Assembly: GCA_002269645.1 (NCBI GenBank)
Contig: NIVC01000298.1
Location: 1-64,000 of the forward strand
Direction of reading: 5' to 3'
DNA length: 64,000 nt
Origin: Macrostomum lignano
Lineage: Eukaryota
Part shown: piece by piece, positions 58,401 to 64,000 of the stretch
How the letters are laid out: each line of letters opens with the position of its first letter
Numbering within the stretch: position 1 is the first letter of the stretch
The notes under the pieces: model-generated
Told to the model about the DNA's origin: nothing
Databases searched by the model: none
Seen by the model: only the letters and a program-made list of their open reading frames with translations
Program-made: the position numbers and the translations under genes

Positions 58401-58977
58401 CTTCCCTTTTTATCTTTTTATAAATCAAACAATAAACTCTCAATTGGATGTGCAAATCAAAAAAGTCCATACTTCGATTTATGCGACACAAACAGCTCCG
58501 GTCGAGGCGATTCAGCTACAGCAGCCGCTAGTTGAAGCGTCGCCGCAGTCTGTACCGGAAGTAGAGCCGGAATCAAAACTGGAAGTAGAGCCGGAAGCGC
58601 AACCGGAAGCGCAACCGGAAGCGCAACCGGAATTAGAGCCGGAAGCGGAACCGGAAGTAGAGCAGGAAGTGCAACCGGAAATAGAGCCGGAAGCGCAACC
58701 GGAAGTAGAGCAGGAAGTGCAACCGGAAGTAGAGCAGGAAGCGCAACCGGAAGTAGAGCCGGAAGCGGAACCGGAAGTAGAGCAGGAAGAGCCGAAGCCC
58801 GCTCAGACTGTTTCGAGTGTTCCGGAAAATGAAGCAAACCCTGATGAAGCTTCCGCCGCCATGGCGTCAGCTGCTGGTCAAGACGATGAAGCCGAAACTC
58901 AGCCGGCAGAAGAAGATGAACAGCAGCAGCAGCAGCAGGGTGGAAAGAAAAAGCGTCGCAACAAGAAGAAGAAATAA
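5925..58977 (+). CDS. Ank: Ankyrin (ankyrin-B/G / UNC-44 family adaptor), multi-exon and 5'-partial: ANK repeats - linker - ZU5-ZU5-UPA - death domain - C-terminal tail
   Basis: Exon chain 5925-6170, 6745-7074, 7635-8276, 8786-8989, 9184-9930, 14529-14712, (15388-15435), 17106-17333, (18789-18854), (19408-19776), (20354-20545), 22760-22827, (23155-23385), 24203-24339, 43961-44495, 45483-46001, 46467-46655, 47088-47402, 48861-49332, (50395-50481), 53262-53459, 53796-53825, 54133-54276, 57431-57892, 58496-58977. All junctions are GT-AG with compatible phases; the sum is 7125 nt (2375 codons including the stop). Hallmark ankyrin peptides: [62 protein letters not shown]. The symbol is family-level only; I cannot assign a specific vertebrate paralogue. 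Confidence 0.95.
6261..6545. repeat. ~24-bp minisatellite CTCTATGACCTCCTGATCTCGGCA
   Basis: Direct reading; lies in intron 6171-6744. Confidence 0.9.
6745..7074 (+). CDS. Ank: Ankyrin exon: ANK repeats 4-7
   Basis: ttag|GTC GTG AAG (VVKFLL...GADVNFQ)|gtgagt; 330 nt, phase 0-0. Confidence 0.95.
7085..7555. repeat. ~67-bp tandem repeat carrying CCAAT and GGGGTGG motifs, about 7 copies
   Basis: TTCCACT recurs at 7267, 7334 and 7401. Confidence 0.92.
7635..8276 (+). CDS. Ank: Ankyrin exon: ANK repeats 8-14
   Basis: tcag|GCC CGC AAC ([15 protein letters not shown]...LAVRSNQ)|gttagt; 642 nt, phase 0-0. Confidence 0.95.
8322..8722. repeat. 29-bp minisatellite TGGGATCATTCGGGTCATTTTTATCATTG
   Basis: Direct reading; fills most of intron 8277-8785. 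Confidence 0.95.
8786..8989 (+). CDS. Ank: Ankyrin exon: ANK repeats 14-16
   Basis: gcag|GTT GAA GTG (VEVVRALL...AREGHED)|gtaagt; 204 nt, phase 0-0. Confidence 0.95.
9184..9930 (+). CDS. Ank: Ankyrin exon: ANK repeats 16-23
   Basis: tcag|GTG GCA GCC (VAAVLLDNK...ADANMRNA)|gtgagc; 747 nt, phase 0-0. Confidence 0.95.
10051..10600. repeat. 18-bp minisatellite AAGCTCAGAGTATCTCAT, about 30 copies
   Basis: Direct reading. Confidence 0.96.
11097..11143. repeat. (CT)n microsatellite
   Basis: Direct reading. Confidence 0.98.
11322..11785. repeat. ~23-bp minisatellite CCCCTAGTCTCTCATTGTCTCA(C/G)
   Basis: Direct reading. Confidence 0.94.
12481..13125. repeat. 21-bp purine-rich minisatellite GGGAGAGGAGAGAGGGTCAG(A/T)
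   Basis: Direct reading; the same unit recurs at 16043-16757. Confidence 0.96.
13511..14412. repeat. ~38-bp minisatellite with palindromic core GGGGTCAAATGAC(A/C)CC, about 23 copies
   Basis: Direct reading; G-run and T-run lengths vary between units. Confidence 0.95.
14529..14712 (+). CDS. Ank: Ankyrin exon: ANK repeat 24 and start of linker
   Basis: tttttag|CGC AAC TGG ([25 protein letters not shown]...[17 protein letters not shown])|gtaagt; phase 0 to 1. The P-D-T...MS-E/D-D motif resembles the post-repeat segment of other ankyrins. Not in the ORF track. Confidence 0.9.
15388..15435 (+). CDS. Candidate 48-nt cassette microexon in linker ([16 protein letters not shown])
   Basis: atttcag|GC GCA CGT...TCG G|gtaggg; phase 1-1, open frame, GC-rich island in an AT-rich intron. 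Confidence 0.55.
16043..16757. repeat. Second array of the 21-bp GGGAGAGGAGAGAGGGTCAG unit
   Basis: Direct reading. Confidence 0.95.
17106..17333 (+). CDS. Ankyrin linker exon ([15 protein letters not shown]...[11 protein letters not shown])
   Basis: accag|GT GTA...CTA G|gtagat; 228 nt, phase 1-1, open frame, codon usage like the other exons. Confidence 0.75.
18150..18440 (+). mobile_element. tRNA-derived SINE with CORE-like central domain
   Basis: A-box-like GTAGGCCTAGTG, B box GGTTCGATTCT (18200-18210), then TGTGTCCTTGAGGAAAGATACTTAACTCTGCATTGCTTCAGTT...CTGAAGAATGGG, which aligns by eye with the MIR/CORE consensus (TGTGACCTTGGGCAAGTCACTTAAC...GCCTCAGTTT...CTGTAAAATGGG). The 3' boundary is approximate. 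Confidence 0.75.
18789..18854 (+). CDS. Candidate 66-nt cassette exon in linker ([22 protein letters not shown])
   Basis: aaccag|AC GAG...ACG G|gtaggc; phase 1-1, GC-rich island. Confidence 0.55.
19408..19776 (+). CDS. Candidate cassette exon in linker ([14 protein letters not shown]...SKSSNRSK)
   Basis: taatag|AT AAC...AAG G|gtattg; 369 nt, phase 1-1, same frame as ORF 19509..19802. Splice sites are weak. Confidence 0.55.
20354..20545 (+). CDS. Candidate cassette exon in linker ([18 protein letters not shown]...LSSARS)
   Basis: acgcag|CT CAC...TCG G|gtaaca; 192 nt, phase 1-1, GC-rich. Confidence 0.6.
20566..21155. repeat. Interrupted (CAGA)n microsatellite
   Basis: Direct reading; variant units GACACAAAGAC and GACACTAAGAC. 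Confidence 0.97.
21760..22412. repeat. ~35-bp minisatellite AGATTAGATGTGGCGCCAACACAGAAAGATCTTAG
   Basis: Direct reading; the unit drifts to the AGAGTAGATG...ACTGAAGG variant toward the 3' end. Confidence 0.93.
22760..22827 (+). CDS. Ankyrin linker exon ([23 protein letters not shown])
   Basis: cttttgcag|GC GAT...AAG|gttagt; 68 nt, phase 1 to 0. It is required to bridge the phase-1 exons upstream to the phase-0 acceptors downstream. Confidence 0.8.
23155..23385 (+). CDS. Candidate Q/N/S-rich cassette exon in linker (HHQQQHQLQ...SSAFN)
   Basis: tctctgcag|CAT CAT...AAC|gtaggt; 231 nt, phase 0-0. Confidence 0.6.
23626..23946. repeat. Interrupted (TCTG)n microsatellite
   Basis: Direct reading; it is the reverse complement of the 20566-21155 type. 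Confidence 0.97.
24203..24339 (+). CDS. Ank: Ankyrin pre-ZU5 exon ([10 protein letters not shown]...[14 protein letters not shown])
   Basis: gttgcag|GAC AAC...TCC GG|gttagt; phase 0 to 2. It joins 43961 to give the conserved SG-FLVSF junction. Confidence 0.88.
24430..25112. repeat. 31-bp GAGGCGCTTAATTGGCGCTAAA... repeat grading into a 71-bp higher-order repeat
   Basis: 71-bp units start at 24725, 24796, 24867, 24938, 25009 and 25080. Confidence 0.94.
25800..26150. repeat. ~20-bp repeat AGAGACAGGGGCGCCAACCA
   Basis: Direct reading. Confidence 0.9.
26967..43055. repeat. Giant intronic satellite, 38-bp unit TTGAGAATCGCCCACAATTCCCAAATGATCCTCAACCA, about 421 copies
   Basis: The period is 38 (line pattern recurs every 1140 nt = 30 units). 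The only deviations I saw are the first unit, single-C deletions near 27113 and 27455, and a decayed 3' end (about 42970-43055). Confidence 0.99.
43395..43850. repeat. Degenerate C/T-rich ~21-bp repeat (CCCCTATCTACCTCTTTTTAG)
   Basis: Direct reading. Confidence 0.85.
43961..44495 (+). CDS. Ank: Ankyrin exon: first ZU5 domain
   Basis: ctctttag|C TTC CTG GTC ([18 protein letters not shown]...[14 protein letters not shown]...TVIGQ)|gtgggg; 535 nt, phase 2 to 0. Confidence 0.96.
44690..45310. repeat. 25-bp minisatellite CTAGAGATGGTGGACATCTAGGCAT
   Basis: Direct reading. Confidence 0.93.
45483..46001 (+). CDS. Ank: Ankyrin exon: second ZU5 domain and start of UPA
   Basis: ccag|GTG CAA GCC ([10 protein letters not shown]...[12 protein letters not shown]...CFCITDDK)|gtaatg; 519 nt, phase 0-0. 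Confidence 0.96.
46190..46400. repeat. Degenerate ~20-bp GAGAGTAGA... repeat
   Basis: Recurring GAGAGTAGA core. Confidence 0.75.
46467..46655 (+). CDS. Ank: Ankyrin exon: UPA domain
   Basis: gcag|GTG GAC AAG (VDKTLE...[11 protein letters not shown])|gtgggt; 189 nt. Confidence 0.95.
46685..47080. repeat. Degenerate ATCTAATCTCACC... repeat
   Basis: Recurring TCTAATCTCAC core up to the 3' splice site. Confidence 0.75.
47088..47402 (+). CDS. Ank: Ankyrin exon: end of UPA and first half of death domain
   Basis: tgcag|ATC AAG GAT ([16 protein letters not shown]...ICTLEVQLP...[18 protein letters not shown]...TNAK)|gttaat; 315 nt. Confidence 0.9.
47600..48836. repeat. 32-bp C/A-rich minisatellite CCTGAAACCTAATTCCTAAACCCAAACTAAAA, about 38 copies, telomere-like at its 5' edge
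   Basis: Direct reading; lies in the intron that splits the death domain. Confidence 0.95.
48861..49332 (+). CDS. Ank: Ankyrin exon: second half of death domain and start of acidic tail
   Basis: ctcccag|GTC AAC TTC ([41 protein letters not shown])...CAA G|gtgagg; phase 0 to 1. Confidence 0.9.
49510..50205. repeat. 22-bp minisatellite GATCCCCAATCTGGAATCCCAT
   Basis: Direct reading. Confidence 0.93.
50395..50481 (+). CDS. Candidate tail cassette exon ([29 protein letters not shown]); 5' boundary uncertain
   Basis: Phase-1 donor GAA G|gtttgt at 50482. Phase-1 acceptors are possible at 50394 (CAG), 50400 or 50241, and the frame is open from 50242. Confidence 0.45.
50720..51545. repeat. 21-23-bp pyrimidine-rich minisatellite CTCTCTGCTGTCTCCCTCTCA(G/C)C
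   Basis: Direct reading. Confidence 0.94.
52112..53130. repeat. ~25-bp minisatellite AATGATCCCCA(A/G)TTCTAGAATCCCC
   Basis: Direct reading. Confidence 0.94.
53262..53459 (+). CDS. Ankyrin tail exon (EVDTPQAAP...RHEQEREDL)
   Basis: Polypyrimidine tract...ctcag|AA GTC...CTT G|gtagga; 198 nt, phase 1-1, GC-rich. Confidence 0.8.
53512..53750. repeat. Degenerate ~23-bp AAATATCCCAATCCCGAAATCCC repeat
   Basis: Direct reading. Confidence 0.85.
53796..53825 (+). CDS. 30-nt tail microexon ([10 protein letters not shown])
   Basis: ttttaacctccag|AC AAC...GAT G|gtgaga; phase 1-1. Confidence 0.65.
54133..54276 (+). CDS. Candidate tail cassette exon ([27 protein letters not shown]...SALLL)
   Basis: actag|AC AAC...TTA G|gtaagc; 144 nt, phase 1-1, strong donor but weak acceptor. 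Confidence 0.55.
   Translation, partial: TTSATATTTTRSTFWTGCLSSTYWHPVLLRLLMMSRRVKSRSDLLFY
54888..55548. repeat. Interrupted (CAGA)n microsatellite
   Basis: Direct reading; recurrent CATGCAGAAAGA interruptions. Confidence 0.97.
56520..57190. repeat. 23-bp minisatellite AAGAAGAGTAGACAAGGGAGATT
   Basis: Direct reading. Confidence 0.95.
57431..57918 (+). CDS. Ankyrin tail exon with two E-E-x-LPDG-xx-V-x-RR motifs; terminal (...SSRMPEC*) or spliced at an internal donor after 57892
   Basis: ttttttttcaatcaacgcag|AT CAT...; stop TGA at 57916-57918; internal phase-1 donor GAA G|gtagca at 57893. Confidence 0.8.
58496..58977 (+). CDS. Alternative last coding exon: E/P/Q-rich repeat ending in polybasic [12 protein letters not shown]
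   Basis: aaacag|CT CCG GTC (phase 1); 12-nt coding repeats (EPEV/QPEA); stop TAA at 58975-58977 overlaps AATAAA (58973-58978). Confidence 0.75.
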
Positions 58978-59625
58978 ATTAATTAGCATAAATCGCGATG
59001 CCAAATAGTGAAATTTTGTCGCTGTTTAACATCTGAGAATGCAATCAGGTATACGCGAGAGCATTGTACTCAATTCCCAACAATCCTTAACTGATTTCTC
59101 AAATCACCTGAAATCTCCTACACCGATTTTCTATCATGCCACACTACACGCAAAACTAACGGATATGCACAGCCTAATTAAACGCACATTATTTACTAGC
59201 ATGATTTGTCTGTCATAATTTAATTGGTACCTATATATCTGTCTCTGATTGGTTGAAACTGGCTGATAGTTATTAATGCTCTTAAATTAGTCGTTAAATT
59301 ACTAATGTACATGTTATCGTGATTATTGCTTTGCTGAATTTAGGTACTAAATTACAGAGCTAGTATAATTAATGTTATTAAATAACCAAAGTTGCATGAT
59401 TTTGAAAATTATGCTTTCAGGCGGTTAAAAAATATCAATTTATTTCATGTAGCGTTGATTTACTTAAATAAACACACGCATTTCAGGTACCACCAACTGA
59501 TCCGAATAAATTCTGGTCTTCATCTGTTCGTCCGCCTGCCCTGTGTTTGCTTTAGCGGCTTGAAAATAATTATTTATATGGTGAGAGGATTTATCACACT
59601 TTCGGTTTATTTCTACCTTATTCCC

Positions 59626-59985
59626 TACCTGCCCTCCCATAGCCCCAATTAACACCCACCTCACTCCCTACCTGCCCCCATAGCCCCAATTAACACCCAC
59701 CTCACTCTTACCTGCCCCCATAGCCCCAATTAACACCCACCTCACTCTTACCTGCCCCCATAGCCCCAATTAACATCCACCTCACTCCCTACCTGCCCCC
59801 ATAGCCCCAATTAACACCCACCTCACTCTTACCTGCCCCCATAGCCCCAATTAACACCCACCTCACTCCCTACCTGCCCCCATAGCCCCAATTAACACCC
59901 ACCTCACTCCCTACCTGCCCTCCCAAGCCCCAATTAACACCCACCTCACTCCCTACCTGCCCCATAGCCCCAATTAACGCAACCA
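59626..59985. repeat. 40-41-bp C-rich minisatellite ATAGCCCCAATTAACACCCACCTCACTCCCTACCTGCCCCC, about 9 copies
   Basis: Direct reading; downstream of the last stop codon. Confidence 0.94.
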
Positions 59986-62900
59986 CTCACACATAAACAC
60001 CTTATTTTCAGACTAATTAAAAATCGAATGACTTGGCGGCAGAAGAGGACATTAATAAAAATTTATTAGCTACTAATATGATTCTGCAATTTTTTGGCGC
60101 GCACAGAAACCCGCTGTTTCGCTTCTTCCTTCTTTTTTATGCCTGAATCATTTAAATAAAAAAACAAACAATTAAAACTTACTCGTTTTTCGCCCCATAC
60201 CTCGACGTCAGTTTTCAATAGCTTTTCTCAATTTGAGAGAATTTATAAGCTTTTTTCGGTTCGCTGCTTCGGCTTTTTTCTAACCCGGAAAACCAATTTT
60301 GTGTCCGATTAATTTATTTATTTCGCTTAGATAAATATTTTATTAGAAAAATTCATTAATTTATTTCATTGTGCTACAGGCTATTTTCAATAATATTATA
60401 TAATAATCAGATTATATTGAAAGCTCGTCTACGTTAGTTTTTTTTGGAAAAAATCAAATTATTGACGCGAAAATTTTCTAATAATTTTGGAGAAAACTAC
60501 AATATTAAACAGAAAGGTCGAGCATTACTTTTATTTGACAAGCTGTCAATATTTTCTGTTTTCAAATTTTAGTATTATAACTACACTTTAAATATGAATT
60601 TTTTCACAACTTTAGTTTAGAATTTACTGAATCTGCTTGCCTGCGGCTTGATCCATTTAGTTGTTTTCGCTGGCACTGTGTGTATTTTTTTGCAATTTTC
60701 TTATTGCTAATTTCGCCTTACGTTTTTACAGTTCGATACGGAAAGCAGCTTAGGAGTTTATCCTTATGTTTGTTATGAATTGGATTGTTGTGTTCGCAAT
60801 GGGAAGTTTCTGTGGTAAGCAGAGTCATCTGTCATTGTTGTAGTTAAAAAGTTCATTAGGCAGTTTAAATAATTGTTCATTGCTCGCTGATTTATTTACG
60901 ATTATTTCATAGTAATAATAAGAATCATCAGAATGGTAACCAATTATTAAAATGTTTCTGTTTTTTTCACCATTCGCTCATTAAATTATAATTATTTTCG
61001 TTTCATTTATTAGACAGTTATTGAAAATTAATTTTATAACTGATTATATTAAGCAATTTCGCATCGATGTCTAATAATTATGATTTAGTAGTATTCAATT
61101 GTTTAAGTTAATTAACATCGCAAAATATTACGTACGCTCTACTATTTTCTGTATCTCTTAAACAAGAAATTTTGTGCGGCTTAGTATGCTTATCTATTTA
61201 TTAAATAATCCGGTATGAACCGTACGTACTTGCTATCATTATATTTACCTTATAAAACAATTTAAAAATAACCGCTGAAAGAGATGACTGTGTAATCTGC
61301 TTAATGCTTCTCTGTTTACTTCTTATGCTTATTTAGTGTTGTTTTGAATCTAAACGCGAAATAAAAAATAAAATCTATACTTATAACCGCTACGCAAAAA
61401 TTCATTACTATAATATTTAGTTAAACAAAAAATATATATCTCTGATGGTTCATTTGTAATTTTAGTAAATCAAAACTTGTTATTTTAATGCGGACGTACA
61501 CTGTAGAAAGACTAATCTACATTTACATAATATAGAATGTAACTGTACATAACTGCTTTTCGCATTAGGACCCATGCACTTGTAATGTGAGGTTGATAAA
61601 AAAGTAATCAATTGATCTACAAATACGGATATACAATTAATCTACCTATATTGGGGCCTGATATAGATTACTTTTTTTGTGCTGCGCACAGTCACGGTCC
61701 GGCCCCCCTCTGCCCGCTGCCGCCGCCTCTCAATGAATGTAAAATAGGAGTGTTAGTTTATGTATTAATGCTCCTTGACCTGCAAAAATTATACGGTTGC
61801 TAGGCAGTGTCGTAACACAGGACATGCGTTTTTCTGTAAAGTAATAATAACCCCACCATTAATATAGACAGTTGGTTGTGTAAACGAATGATTTGAAAGT
61901 TTAGTCTATGTTTTACAAAATGTCTCTATGAAAACTCATCTTCCTACTGACAGTAGAGTTTGCAAAAATCAGTTCTTGGAAGAATGCGACATTTTCGTGA
62001 AAATATTTAAACTGCTATATTGGGCCTATGACAGATTTTTATTGAGAAACTATCATCATTTCCACAGAGAAAGATAAACATGTGAAGCTTTCGTGAAGAT
62101 TACATCTTCATACTACGGGTATCAAATTTTCCTGTATTTGACTGAACGTACGTGCATTTAGTCATAGTCGGGGGAGTGCTTCAACCATTTATCAGGTTTA
62201 AATCGGCTGCCGCTTGCATATGTACATCACATGTAAATGAACATGTGGTAAATCTGATGAGGAACTATGCACACATGCGCGAGTTGCCCCGGAAAGAGCT
62301 GAGATTGATAGATAATGAAAAATCAGTAGGAAAGAGAGAATGAGGCTGCGTGACCACCCACCCCATTATCCTGTCTTTCCGTTCCATGGCAGCACGTAAT
62401 TAAATGTGTCAAGTGTACAATTGATTCAATCGATTACTCGTTTATACGCAAAGCATCGAGAGAGTTTTTAATTGCATCCAAACTTTCTGACTAATGCCTT
62501 CGTGTGTTCCAAAGAAGGAGACACTGATTCATAGGGTGTGTACATTGACAAATGCAATTACAACACGCAGGGTAGGGTTGGCTTTGGTAGACGCGCGGAT
62601 TTGCTTGGTTCGCATTGTTCATATATGTGCATCGAAATTTTTTTCTTGCTAACTGCTTCTATGGGGAGGTGGATGACGTAATCAAGATAGGGTTTTGGTT
62701 GGAGGAGGCTCAATATATGGGTCCGTGCTGTGAAGATATCTGTTTATACACTGAAATTGGAGGGGTAGGGGTTGGAATTCCTTGACAGTTAGAAATGGTA
62801 AGGTCAGAGAGACAGGGACGAGTGGTTCTGTTCTACATGGGTCTGTGCTGTGAAGACGAGTCTAATATGACCATTGGGTGTTGGCTGTTTTGCCAATTCA

Positions 62901-63139
62901 GTAATATACTAAACCTGTCCAGCTGTTTGCCGCATGAGTCACTTTTCTCGGTGGGTGCAGAAGGAGAGAGAGAGAGGTCTGGGAGGGACAGTTTAAATGT
63001 CAATCGAAATCAACGGGCCGCTTCGCCGACTGTATATGTTAAAATTATTATAGCTAGGTTTATAGCAAACTGTACGTTTTAACCCAATATTCAAGAATAA
63101 TCCCTTCCCTGACTTCTTGAGGGGTATTACATGTACCAA

Positions 63140-64000
63140 ATACATACATTTGAATGATGAAACAGCATTTTTGACGATTAAGTTGTAAAAATTATGGTTT
63201 CTGCTGATGAAGTGATTAATTTTGTTCAATAAAGTCAGCATTTTAACGTAAAAAGAGTAAAAACTGTGAAAAATTGACCTTTTTAAAACGAAAATGTGCA
63301 ATTTCTAGTAATTTGGCTTTCAATGAAAATGTCTTGGGTGGAATTCCAACTTGGGCCTGGGTGTGCATATGGAGATCAGTGTGTGACTCATTCCTGCTCG
63401 AAAGCTGTCTCTTGCCAACTTTGAAATCAGCATTTGGACAAATTAGCGGTTGAAATTATGGTTTTTGGGATGAAACTACTAAGTTTGATCAATTCGCATT
63501 TCGCATTTTAACGTTAGAAAATAATAAAACTGTGAAAATTGGCCTTTATTAAACGAAAGAATGAGAAATTCTAAGAATTAGCTTTAAAAAAACCATGGTT
63601 TTAGTGGAAATTGGACTGGCTCGGGTAATCCGTGTGCGAATATAATTCCTGCTCAAAGGTGTCTCAGATCGAGTTCCAGAAGTAGCATTTGTGATAATTT
63701 TGTGTTAAAATTGTGGTTTTTAGTGATGAAACCTACTGATTTCGATCAATAAAGTCTGCATTTTAACGTAAAAATGCATAAAAACTGTGAAAAATTGTAT
63801 TTTCTTATGAAAAATGCTCATTTCTAGCAATTTAGGCTTCAATAGCCATGTCTTGGCTGATTTTGGGCTGGCTTGTGGATGTTTGTGTGGGGTTCATTCC
63901 TGCTTAAAAGCTGTCTAAGGTCAAGTTGAAAGCGATATTTGGACAAATTAGCTGTTGAAAGTATGGTTTCTAGTGATGAAACTACTGATTTTGATCAATA
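63140..64000. repeat. Diverged ~260-bp tandem repeat (3 or more copies), continuing beyond the window
   Basis: CATTTTAACGT at about 63239, 63504 and 63759. AAAACTGTGAAAA, ATTCCTGCT and TGATGAAAC recur with the same spacing. Confidence 0.8.

Noticed and set aside
5942-58837. Minus-strand ORFs overlapping ankyrin exons (e.g. 43913..44473, 48804..49085, 57418..58020, 58457..58837)
   Set aside because: Shadow frames of GC-rich coding sequence, with no recognisable domains.
62717-62856. 20-bp direct repeat ATGGGTC(C/T)GTGCTGTGAAGA 120 bp apart
   Set aside because: Only two copies and no associated structure; I cannot assign any meaning to it.

Overview
Eukaryotic (metazoan, probably invertebrate) genomic DNA. 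Almost the whole window is one plus-strand ankyrin gene of the ankyrin-B/G / UNC-44 family. By reading GT-AG boundaries and reading-frame phase I rebuilt about 21-22 coding exons from 5925 to 58977: ANK repeats 2-24, a long multi-exon linker, ZU5-ZU5-UPA, a death domain, an acidic tail and two alternative C-termini. The full chain is 7125 nt and stays in frame. The canonical ANK-repeat-1 exon is not visible in the window; a candidate alternative 5' exon lies at 359-625. Most introns carry their own minisatellite, and the linker-ZU5 intron (24340-43960) holds about 16 kb (about 421 copies) of a nearly invariant 38-bp palindromic satellite. A tRNA-derived CORE-type SINE is at about 18150-18440 and a diverged ~260-bp satellite runs off the right end. 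Nearly all long ORFs in the supplied track are artefacts of tandem repeats. There is no CRISPR array, rRNA, intact tRNA or autonomous transposon. I cannot confirm a new biological system. The best leads are the giant splice-silent hairpin satellite inside a conserved intron, the cluster of symmetric cassette exons in the linker, a possible 6-nt stop-codon microexon, switchable C-termini, and inverted microsatellites that could pair across exons. All exon calls are from sequence alone, without transcript data.
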